Of a stretch of 20,000 nt of DNA, positions 7,910-16,320 are shown in pieces (the first letter of the stretch is position 1; each line of letters begins with the position of its first letter). The stretch is from an uncultured archaeon (GTDB lineage: Archaea; Asgardarchaeota; Thorarchaeia; Thorarchaeales; Thorarchaeaceae), in NCBI GenBank assembly GCA_964648855.1, contig CAZYLT010000004.1, positions 132,489 to 152,488 on the forward strand. The letters are read 5' to 3'. The notes under the pieces were generated by a model. The model saw nothing but the letters and a program-made list of their open reading frames with translations. It searched no databases and was not told the origin of the DNA. The position numbers and the translations under genes are program-made.

Positions 7910-9043
7910 GTGATTTACATGCAACTCCCAGGTCAAGAGACCGGCGAATTCAGCTGGATCATAAATATCGCATTTTTTGCATTTATCATACTAATGAGTC
8001 TCTACGGAACCAAGATTCAGCTCTGGCAGATGCTCAAACAAATTGAGTCAGGTCTCATTGAACTTAAGAAAATGGCAATTGAATCAAGACAGACGGCCAT
8101 TGATACCTTCAAGCAGTATGGAAAATCAGAGGAAGAAGTTGCTACTGACATAGACAAATGGTTGGATTACTTCACCATAATGCCTGTAGACCTTGACCCA
8201 GCAGGTGTATTGAAACGATTGGATCATATCTTAGATGAACGTCGCGACAGGTTCCAAGAATTTGTGTCCTCTCTTGCTCCAGATGCGACAGAATCTCAAT
8301 GCCAATCCCTTGAGAACACACTGGAAGTAACTCAAGTGCTCGGGTTAATCTTCAGAATTGTAAGGCACTTCTATATCCTTGGGAAAAAGACCGGGAGTCA
8401 GATAATTATCATGCAGGTCCATATGCAGATGCCTGAACTACTTAAAATCGCGAAAGCATACTATGACGCTCTCGATGCCTTCTCTGCTGGTAAACCAATT
8501 GGCGATGGCATCGGCCCTCTAGCTGTAACGAAATTTGCTAGGGAGATGGGTGCTACGCCCGATTCATATATTCAGGAGGTTTCTCGAGAAGTAGGATATT
8601 ACCCTATTGAATTTGAGGAACGTACAATCTATGCTGTTCGAGCAACAGGTCCTGGGGGTACTGTTGGAAAGCCTGGATTTGCAGTAAAGAATCTTATAGA
8701 ACAGAATCAGGGACAAATCAAAAGAATAGTGACTATCGATGCTGCCCTCAAGCTTGAGGGAGAGGCACTTGCCCGTGTATCAGAAGGCACAGGCGCAGCT
8801 ATTGGGGACCCCGGTCCTGAAAAATATGCAATAGAAGAAACTGCAACAGAGAACGGTATTCCTCTAGAAGCAATAGTAGTCAAACAGGACGAAGCCGCAG
8901 CGGTTGGCGTGATGGATAAGCGCATCCTTGATTCGGTTACAGAAGTCATCGAACGCATTAAGAAGGCAATAAGAATCCGTACCCAGCCAGGAGATAAAGT
9001 TATTTTGGCCGGGATCGGCAACACAATTGGAATAGGGCTTTGA
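7910..9043 (+). CDS. DUF1512-like archaeal conserved membrane protein
   Basis: N-terminal TM (FSWIINIAFFAFIILMSLYG), then a long conserved soluble part including GKPIGDGIGPLAVTKFA, EERTIYAVRATGPGGTVGKPG and GDKVILAGIGNTIGIGL. Family assigned from memory. Confidence 0.7.
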   Translation: MIYMQLPGQETGEFSWIINIAFFAFIILMSLYGTKIQLWQMLKQIESGLIELKKMAIESRQTAIDTFKQYGKSEEEVATDIDKWLDYFTIMPVDLDPAGVLKRLDHILDERRDRFQEFVSSLAPDATESQCQSLENTLEVTQVLGLIFRIVRHFYILGKKTGSQIIIMQVHMQMPELLKIAKAYYDALDAFSAGKPIGDGIGPLAVTKFAREMGATPDSYIQEVSREVGYYPIEFEERTIYAVRATGPGGTVGKPGFAVKNLIEQNQGQIKRIVTIDAALKLEGEALARVSEGTGAAIGDPGPEKYAIEETATENGIPLEAIVVKQDEAAAVGVMDKRILDSVTEVIERIKKAIRIRTQPGDKVILAGIGNTIGIGL

Positions 9044-9053
9044 GGTGGAATAG

Positions 9054-9425
9054 ATGGGTGTATTATCTAAAATTCTAGGTGCAATTCTCTCGGGCGTTGG
9101 TGGTATTATCCTCTTTTTCGGATTTAACGCTGATCCAGGCATGTCATACATCTGGCTATTTATAGGGATACTTGTAATGTCAATGGGCTTCAGCTTGATA
9201 ACCGGTGGTCGAAAGAAACCTGAACTTGAACCACCTCCACCAACAATAACTGAAATTCATTGTACGGATCCTGAGTGCGACTTCAAAGAGCTTCGCGATT
9301 TTGAGAAGGATGACTATATTCTCAAACCTTTGGATGCAAAATGTCCAAAATGCGGTGGAAAAATGGTCATCGAAGGTGTGTATATAGTCAGAGAAGAGGA
9401 CGAAACTGAAGAAATTAAGATCTAA
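9054..9425 (+). CDS. Small membrane protein with C-terminal zinc-ribbon-like domain
   Basis: Two hydrophobic segments (ILGAILSGVGGIILFFGF, YIWLFIGILVMSMGFSLITG), then CTDPECDFKELRDFEKDDYILKPLDAKCPKCGGKM. Directly follows the DUF1512-like gene. Confidence 0.7.
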   Translation: MGVLSKILGAILSGVGGIILFFGFNADPGMSYIWLFIGILVMSMGFSLITGGRKKPELEPPPPTITEIHCTDPECDFKELRDFEKDDYILKPLDAKCPKCGGKMVIEGVYIVREEDETEEIKI

Positions 9426-10339
9426 TCATTGCTGGTCAGTGTAATAGTTTCATCTTCACCAACGAAAACCGTATGTTCCGATTGCGAAACAGGGCGTCCT
9501 TTCTTAGATATCTGTACTGGATGTCCTCGTATAGCTCCGACCTTCAGGAGCTCTCTCATCTCAGCCAACAGGTCTATGCTTTCGGATTTTACTCGAATCC
9601 ATCTAGTTGTGAATGGAAATGGCCCGTATTTTTTTCGTAAATGAATACGCAGCTTCTCTGTCACTCCATTTAGCTCGACCTTTTTTCCCGTATTTGAGAA
9701 AATGTATACAAGGTCGCTATCAATGACTTCTCCTACTCCACTGGTAGCATATGGTTCAATGGCATAACACTCATCGACTTCAATATTGGGTGAGAACCTC
9801 TTCCCAACATTTGGAACACTCTTATTCGCATGAAGCCTATTTCTCTCTATTTGGTGACCGGAGAGGTTTCTAATTGGCTTCAGACCGTATTGCTTCAGAA
9901 CACTCTCAATCTTCTTGCCAATATCGCCAAGAGATGTGTTGGGCCTGAATAGAGAGATTGCCTCTCTTAGAGCATCCTCTGTTGCACATACAAAACCCTC
10001 AAGTTCACCATCCAAATCCACCGTCTTTGCAGTATCTGCAATGTAGCCATTTACCTGAACACCAAGATCCACTTTAACTAATCCTGAGTCCGGAATACTA
10101 CGTTGGTCTCCTATTGGAGAGGTATAATGAGCTGCGAAGTTATCTATGGACACTGTACAGGGAAAGGCTGGGCGTCCTCCATACTCGACGATTTTATCTT
10201 CTGCAAACCTACAAATCTTAGCCACCTTGACCCCCGATTCCACAGCTTCTATCGTTTCATTTAGTACTCTTGCGGCTATTTTTCCCGCCTTGATGTGCTC
10301 AGTAGTAGGTTGACTCATGATTTTGTTCTCCATGATCAT
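9422..10339 (-). CDS. map: Methionine aminopeptidase, type II (paralog A)
   Basis: AAHYTSP, VKVDLG, ADTAKTV, LSGHQIERNRLHA, YAIEPYAT, SEHTVFV. The metal ligands D, D, H, E and E are all present. Confidence 0.92.
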   Translation of the reverse strand: MIMENKIMSQPTTEHIKAGKIAARVLNETIEAVESGVKVAKICRFAEDKIVEYGGRPAFPCTVSIDNFAAHYTSPIGDQRSIPDSGLVKVDLGVQVNGYIADTAKTVDLDGELEGFVCATEDALREAISLFRPNTSLGDIGKKIESVLKQYGLKPIRNLSGHQIERNRLHANKSVPNVGKRFSPNIEVDECYAIEPYATSGVGEVIDSDLVYIFSNTGKKVELNGVTEKLRIHLRKKYGPFPFTTRWIRVKSESIDLLAEMRELLKVGAIRGHPVQISKKGRPVSQSEHTVFVGEDETITLTSND

Positions 10340-11247
10340 ACTGTTTCATTACTTCTTCTTGTGCTTACTATAGCCTTCTCTTCGCTAACAAATATGGTAT
10401 GTTCAAACTGGGAAACCATGCCACCTTGTCCCTCAATTAAGACGGGGTAAGATCTCAATATACCTTGGTGAGTTAGAGTGTTGATGGCAGCATTCACGTC
10501 AACACCCTTTACTTTTCCATGAAGCCACCTTGATGCCCAAGGAAGGGTACCGAATGCGTTTCTGGCAGTATCTCTCACACGACGTGATTTTCTATCTGTC
10601 TTCTTATTCTTCTTCATATCGTTTGAGTAGATATATACCTCCGGTGCCGCTTTGATTGTTCCATTGCCATCTGTGGCAAATGGTTCAATTGCATAGGTTT
10701 CCCCCATCTTCATTCTGCTTGTGAATTTAGACCCAATATTCGGGACATTCTTTCCCGCATGCAAAGACCAAGGTTTCATTTGGTGCCCAGATAGCTGATG
10801 TATAGGAACCAAGTCATGGTCCTTAATCACCCGTTCAATAATGGAGCCAATTTTTCCGAGCTTGACTCCTGGTTTAACCACATCAATCGCTGCATTCAGG
10901 GCATCTCTTGCCGCAATTATGTAGTTATGATAAGAGCCGTCCAAGTCAACTGTATATGCAGTATCAGATAAATGACCATTTACATGAGCGCCAATATCCA
11001 CCTTTACCAATCCTGTTTCTGGAAAGACACGTTTGTCTCCATATGGGCTGGTATAGTGAGCTGCCTCTTGATTTAGTGAAATATTACAGGGAAAAGCTGG
11101 ACGTCCTCCGTAAGCAATTATTTGTTTCTCAACGAGTTCACATATTTTCAGGACAGATTCGCCCGGTTTTACATGTTGAATTACCTTGTGCATAACTCTC
11201 GCTGCAATCCTTCCAGCTTTGATAAAATCAGGATGCGGTTCCATCAA
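10336..11247 (-). CDS. map: Methionine aminopeptidase, type II (paralog B)
   Basis: AAHYTSP, VKVDIG, SDTAYTV, LSGHQMKPWSLHAG, YAIEPFAT, QFEHTIFV. The metal ligands are all present, and the gene overlaps paralog A by 4 bp. Confidence 0.92.
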   Translation of the reverse strand: MMEPHPDFIKAGRIAARVMHKVIQHVKPGESVLKICELVEKQIIAYGGRPAFPCNISLNQEAAHYTSPYGDKRVFPETGLVKVDIGAHVNGHLSDTAYTVDLDGSYHNYIIAARDALNAAIDVVKPGVKLGKIGSIIERVIKDHDLVPIHQLSGHQMKPWSLHAGKNVPNIGSKFTSRMKMGETYAIEPFATDGNGTIKAAPEVYIYSNDMKKNKKTDRKSRRVRDTARNAFGTLPWASRWLHGKVKGVDVNAAINTLTHQGILRSYPVLIEGQGGMVSQFEHTIFVSEEKAIVSTRRSNETV

Positions 11248-11398
11248 TAACGTTTCACCACTGACACTCTCAGTAGGACGTCTAATACCCTTACAAGGAA
11301 TTCGATTAAGTCATTAAGAATCAAGCAAACACTGTCGATTGGCGTGACGAAAGATAGAAGTGTATGTGATAAGGAATCCCTAGTGAGGTAGACAACTA

Positions 11399-12073
11399 AT
11401 GGAAATTACCTATCTTGGTCACTCCGCATTTCAGATTGAAGCAGATGGAAAAACAATCTTTCTTGACCCTTGGTTAGGTGACCCTGAATCACCTATGACT
11501 GTAGACTCCGTGAATAATGCCGATATATGTTTAGTAACCCACGATCATGGTGATCATGGGTATTCAGAAGCAGTTGAAATCTGCAAAAAAACCGGGGCAT
11601 ATTTTGTTGCCATAAATGAATTGGCTTTGAAGGCAAAGTCAGCAGGGGTGAAAAATGTCCATACTTTAAACATCGGGGGAAGTACTGAGATAAATGGTGC
11701 AGTCGTCACATTAGTACAAGCTTTTCATTCCTGCAAAATAGGTGCACCAACTGGGTTTATCATCCAACTCAAGTCCGGTACTGTTTATCATGCTGGGGAC
11801 ACGGGCATCTTCTACGACATGAAAATTTTCGGAGAGATGTATGATATCGATCTTGCAATGCTGCCAATAGGATCTTACTACACGATGTCAATAGAACAAG
11901 CATCTAAGGCAACCAGTCTAATCAATCCGAAAGCAGTAATTCCAATGCATTACAATACATTTCCAGTGATTGAAGCCGATCCTGATGAATTCAGGAAACT
12001 GGTATCAGAAGAATCACCTGAAACCAGGGTAGAAGTTCTCGACATTGGCGAAACGAGAAATATCAATCTGTGA
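11399..12073 (+). CDS. UPF0173-like metal-dependent hydrolase (metallo-beta-lactamase fold)
   Basis: ITYLGHSAFQIEADGKTIFLDPWL, LVTHDHGDHGYSEAVEI, GTVYHAGDTGIFYDMKIFGE, MLPIGSYYTMSIEQA, PMHYNTFPVIEADPDEF. Confidence 0.93.
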   Translation: MEITYLGHSAFQIEADGKTIFLDPWLGDPESPMTVDSVNNADICLVTHDHGDHGYSEAVEICKKTGAYFVAINELALKAKSAGVKNVHTLNIGGSTEINGAVVTLVQAFHSCKIGAPTGFIIQLKSGTVYHAGDTGIFYDMKIFGEMYDIDLAMLPIGSYYTMSIEQASKATSLINPKAVIPMHYNTFPVIEADPDEFRKLVSEESPETRVEVLDIGETRNINL

Positions 12074-12101
12074 GCTATTTGCCCACCCGTAAGAATAATG
12101 T

Positions 12102-12234
12102 GGTCGATGCCTGTATCCCAGCACACTAACTCCCAGAATCACAGCATCGGATTGTATCCGGCTCCTCTGAGCTGTCTCGTGTCGGGTTAATAAAGCATCG
12201 ACCTACCCGCCAATGTGCGAGGTCTGGGTGACCT
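12102..12234. repeat. Inverted repeats in the 700-bp gap upstream of dnaG; possible structured RNA
   Basis: Perfect 9-bp inverted repeat GGTCGATGC (12102-12110) with GCATCGACC (12195-12203), then local hairpin AGGTC-TGGGT-GACCT (12220-12234). Confidence 0.35.
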
Positions 12235-12770
12235 ACAAATCATCTACGGAGCAATGCCCCTTATCATATAGGTCCGTTTTACCTCACTTTATTGGTATTC
12301 GGCAGGCTATCATCTAGGCTGTATCCCATTCCTTGCGCAACACCTCATCGAGCGAGTCTCAGTGCGCCCTCGTGAATGGGCGATTACTCCTAGACACATT
12401 ACCCTACTCATTTGTTTTTATTAGCATTGTCACAGGACGAAAGTACCAGAGTCATTCTTTGATTCAATCAGATGGCGACAGCGACATGTTCAAAAGGAAT
12501 AATGACTGAATGGCCGGCAGGACTGACTCGACCAATATCGATTAGGTCCACAAAATCATCAAATCATAAAAGCCGTGGAAAACCACCGGCAAATATCGAG
12601 TACATGTGGAATAGTTATCATTACTCATAACTTGAGATTATTATCATCATATACTCATCACATTACGATTATCACAAACACACGTCAGAAATGCTACGAA
12701 ATCGTTTCCAAGCGAAGTTAGGTCAAATAGGCCCGAGCAGTCTTACTCGTAGAAGAAGAATCACATGTGA

Positions 12771-14087
12771 GTGAACTCGGTACAAGGTGGGGAGAACGGC
12801 ACACACAAGGAGATGTGCATAAAAATAGGTGCAGGTGACTTTGACTCGAGTACTGCAAAATACGTAATTCGAGCAAAGATTGAGATTGACGGAGTAGTAG
12901 ACAAACCCGACGTTATCGGTGCAGTCTTTGGACAAACTGAGGGCTTACTAGGAGAAGACCTCGATTTAAGAGAACTTCAGCGTACTGGGCGAATTGGCAG
13001 GATACAAATCGCTATCAAGTCAAAAGGAGGCAGTAGCAGGGGAGAGGTAGTTATACCTGTTTCTCTGAACAAGACAGCAACTGCAATACTGGCAGCAGCG
13101 TTAGAAACTGTGGATCGAGTAGGCCCCTGCTCTGCAAAAGTAACTCTTCAGAAGCTGGAGGATATTAGAGGAGCAAAACGAAGAAGGGTAGTGAGTAGAG
13201 CCATATCCATTCTTAAGGGCTGGGAGGAAGAAATTGCCCCTGGAACTGAGGAAATCACTTCAGCCGTATCCAAAGGGAGAAGACGAACTGTGGCAAAATA
13301 CGGGCCGGATAAGCTGCCTGCAGGTCCGGATTTCTCCAAAGCTGATGAAATTATCATAGTGGAGGGGCGTGCGGATGTCATTAATCTCTTGAAGAGCGGC
13401 ATTACAAACACAGTCGCAGTAGAAGGGACAAATATCCCAAGGTCGATTTCCAGTCTAACCAAAGAGAAGGACAAGAAGGTTGTGGCCTTTCTAGATGGTG
13501 ACAGGGGTGGCGATTTGATCCTCCGTGAGTTGATGCAAGTCGCAGACGTAGATTTCATAGCTCGAGCCCCAGAGGGGAAGGAAGTTGAGAATCTGACTCA
13601 TAGAGAGATTACCAAGGCGTTACAGGCCCAAATTCCAGCAGGCGAAGCCTTGTCCATTGTGAGCAAAAAACCCTCAAAGGAGCCAGAGAAAGCAAAATCG
13701 GTTTCTAAAGAGAGAAAGAAACCAGCAAAGACCGCTTCCAAACCCGAGAGGCGAGTGCGACGAACTAGACGCGAATCCAAACCCACTAAGCCACGAGCAT
13801 CTGTGGATACAGAGTATATTAAAAAATTGGACGATTTGAAAGAATCATTCAAGGCAGTTATCTACGATGAGAATAAGGATGTAATCGAAGAATGTGGGGT
13901 AGCTGAACTTGCCAAGAAACTTGAATCGATGGACAAAATATCGACAATCTTGTTTGACGGGGTCGTAACACAGAGAATCGTAGATAAAGCAGAGGAAAAA
14001 GGTGCAGAACTGATCATTGCAGCTGCCATATCCGACATTGAGAACAAGCCAAAACAGATGACAATTCTAACATATGAAGACCTGTAG
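12771..14087 (+). CDS. dnaG: Archaeal DnaG primase-like protein (TOPRIM domain)
   Basis: KYVIRAKIEIDGVVDKPDVIGAVFGQTEGLLGEDLDLRELQRTGRIGRI; TOPRIM motif EIIIVEGRADVINLL and VVAFLDGDRGGDLILREL; archaeal C-terminal domain after a basic linker. The start may be further downstream, for example ATG 12813. Confidence 0.95.
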   Translation: MNSVQGGENGTHKEMCIKIGAGDFDSSTAKYVIRAKIEIDGVVDKPDVIGAVFGQTEGLLGEDLDLRELQRTGRIGRIQIAIKSKGGSSRGEVVIPVSLNKTATAILAAALETVDRVGPCSAKVTLQKLEDIRGAKRRRVVSRAISILKGWEEEIAPGTEEITSAVSKGRRRTVAKYGPDKLPAGPDFSKADEIIIVEGRADVINLLKSGITNTVAVEGTNIPRSISSLTKEKDKKVVAFLDGDRGGDLILRELMQVADVDFIARAPEGKEVENLTHREITKALQAQIPAGEALSIVSKKPSKEPEKAKSVSKERKKPAKTASKPERRVRRTRRESKPTKPRASVDTEYIKKLDDLKESFKAVIYDENKDVIEECGVAELAKKLESMDKISTILFDGVVTQRIVDKAEEKGAELIIAAAISDIENKPKQMTILTYEDL

Positions 14088-14112
14088 TCAGCTGTTCCCG
14101 AGAATATCTCGA

Positions 14113-14244
14113 ATGTCTAGACAGAAGAAAAAGGCGTCTTCAGAAGCCCTCAATCGGAATACCCAGGAAGTGCTATTCCGCATTTTTTATTTGGGTATTA
14201 TATCGGGCAATGCAGGAGGAATGGCTCTTGAAAAGGGATCATGA
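14113..14244 (+). CDS. Possible small ORF (43 aa), uncharacterised
   Basis: MSRQKKKASSEALNRNTQEVLFRIFYLGIISGNAGGMALEKGS*, between dnaG and the OsmC gene, below the length cut-off of the ORF track. Confidence 0.25.
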   Translation: MSRQKKKASSEALNRNTQEVLFRIFYLGIISGNAGGMALEKGS

Positions 14245-14264
14245 CGATTTGGAGATAGATACAA

Positions 14265-14708
14265 ATGACAAAAGTATTCTCAACAACCCTAAATAGGACA
14301 GATAAGGCAAAAATTCACGAAATAGGAATTAACGGGTCTCAGAAAGTGGATGTAGTCCCTCCACCAATGATGGCAGACCATGAAGGAACTACGAGTCCTC
14401 ATCATCTTTTCCTTGCATCTGTTGGCGGTTGTGTTAACCTGATTTTTGAAATAGCTCTGGAGCGCGCTAGACTCGAACTCATGGATTTAGAATCAACAAT
14501 AATGGGAAATTATGAAACAGAGGAAGATACCCAAAGGAGTTACTTCTCATCAATTGAACTTGAAACAACTGTCACCGTTCCTGAAGGCACATCGGAGAGT
14601 AAACTAGAGAGGCTATTCAACGTCGCCCAGGAAAATTGCCCGATAGGCAACTGTCTGATTGGTTCTTGTGTGAAATTGATTACAAGATTGAATGTTGTCT
14701 TCGGTTGA
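14265..14708 (+). CDS. OsmC family protein
   Basis: PPPMMADHEGTTSPHHLFLASVGGCVNLIFEIALERARLEL with a second cysteine region ENCPIGNCLIG. Size and layout are typical of OsmC/Ohr. Confidence 0.85.
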   Translation: MTKVFSTTLNRTDKAKIHEIGINGSQKVDVVPPPMMADHEGTTSPHHLFLASVGGCVNLIFEIALERARLELMDLESTIMGNYETEEDTQRSYFSSIELETTVTVPEGTSESKLERLFNVAQENCPIGNCLIGSCVKLITRLNVVFG

Positions 14709-14823
14709 CTGACTCAAGACACTCATTTAGAGGGGCTATGCCCCTTCCTTACTCATTTTTCAAGCAAACAAGAAACGAAATAAACTGTGTATTACTCACA
14801 GTTAATTCTATCAACTCGCAGAC

Positions 14824-16293
14824 ATGATTTGGAAGAAACATACTTCGGAGTCTGAGAGATTGTCCTCACTCATCAAGGAAATTGAATCCACAAGGGACTT
14901 ACGACCAGTAAGAGATCCATTCCAAAAGATAATAGGACAACAGAAAGCAATATCGCTCGTAAAATCCGCAGTAGCACAGCGACGACATATTCTTCTTTGT
15001 GGCGTTCCTGGAATTGGAAAATCTATGATTGCAAAGGCTGCACAGTCATTGCTTCCCCTGGCAGAAACAGAGGTTTACATTCAGGAGAACAGAGCCCATC
15101 CTGAACGTCCACAGGTTTTCATCTCGAAATCAGATGACTCTAGAATTCAACGGTCCTCATCCTCGCCTGTCCACCAGTCATTCATCAGGCCAGAAGACTT
15201 GCCATTCGAAATAGCAGTCAAGATGGGTCATCGTTGTCCAAGATGCAAAGCATTAAGCTTACCAGAACAGAAAATCTGCATGGACTGCGGAAGTCCAAAG
15301 CGAAGCATATGGCAATCCTCCGATTCATACCAAGGTCTTCTTCATGCATTGGATGTCATTTCTGAGCCCGCTCTTGAAACGATCACGACTGTAGACACTA
15401 TCGGTGGAATCGAGTATCAGACCAGCTACAGGCGTAGCGAAAGTCTCTCCATTACAGTAACTCGTACACCGGTTTCCGAGAATTCTGATGAGGCTACTCC
15501 AGTGGCCTCACAGAACTCAAGACTACTGATATCTCGCGATACGAATCGTTTTGTTTGTGTTAGTGGTAGAAGCCCTGCCGAGCTTCTAGGTGATGTGAAA
15601 CATGATCCATATGGTGCTGCAGAAGATTTGGCAAAAGCCCCCTATGAACGTGTAATTCCTGGGGCCATTCACGAAGCTCATGAAGGAATATTATACGTTG
15701 ACGAATTGGCTGCGTTAGGGGAATATCAGAAACATCTTCTAACGGCGATGCAGGACAGATATTATCCAATACTAGGTCACAATCCGCATAGCTCAGGCGC
15801 ATCGATTCGAGTAGATGCAGTGCCTTGCAACTTCATTCTCTTTGCCTCTTGTAACCCCGAAGACATTGAACAGATAATCCCCCCGCTTCGCTCCAGAATA
15901 CGCGGTTATGGCTATGAAATAATGCTGAATGCTACAATGGAACAGAGCTCTGAAAACACATCCGAGATAATCAGGTTTGCAGCACAAACAATTTACGAGG
16001 ATGGTCGCATCCCCCACATTTCTAAGGACGGACTACATGCACTTATTGATGTGGCAAGTGATATCGCATACCATATTGATGGTCAGAAGGACGCACTCAC
16101 CCTTCGTCTTAGAGAGCTGGGTGGAGTAATCCGTGTCGCAGGAGATCTCACCGTTCAAGCTGATGAAGAGTTGATTAGCTCAACTCAAGTTGAAGAGGCA
16201 AGGGAGATAGTCTTCGGTTTAGAAGGCCATATGTCTTCCACAAGGCTTTCTACTGCAAAACAAACCGAGCCTTACGGAGACTATTTCTTTTAA
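14824..16293 (+). CDS. LonB-like AAA+ ATPase lacking the Lon protease domain, with zinc-ribbon insertion
   Basis: FQKIIGQQKAISLVKSAVAQRRHILLCGVPGIGKSMIAKA (Walker A); GILYVDELAALG (Walker B); PLRSRIRGYG. The insertion CPRCKALSLPEQKICMDCG is zinc-ribbon-like. The protein ends soon after the AAA+ lid with no S16 peptidase region. Confidence 0.8.
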   Translation: MIWKKHTSESERLSSLIKEIESTRDLRPVRDPFQKIIGQQKAISLVKSAVAQRRHILLCGVPGIGKSMIAKAAQSLLPLAETEVYIQENRAHPERPQVFISKSDDSRIQRSSSSPVHQSFIRPEDLPFEIAVKMGHRCPRCKALSLPEQKICMDCGSPKRSIWQSSDSYQGLLHALDVISEPALETITTVDTIGGIEYQTSYRRSESLSITVTRTPVSENSDEATPVASQNSRLLISRDTNRFVCVSGRSPAELLGDVKHDPYGAAEDLAKAPYERVIPGAIHEAHEGILYVDELAALGEYQKHLLTAMQDRYYPILGHNPHSSGASIRVDAVPCNFILFASCNPEDIEQIIPPLRSRIRGYGYEIMLNATMEQSSENTSEIIRFAAQTIYEDGRIPHISKDGLHALIDVASDIAYHIDGQKDALTLRLRELGGVIRVAGDLTVQADEELISSTQVEEAREIVFGLEGHMSSTRLSTAKQTEPYGDYFF

Positions 16294-16320
16294 CCGACCG
16301 TTGAAGTCCTTGGTGTTACA

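Noticed and set aside
12723-12935. 70-aa minus-strand ORF at the start of dnaG
   Set aside because: Antisense to the conserved DnaG N-terminus, cysteine/leucine-rich low-quality translation.
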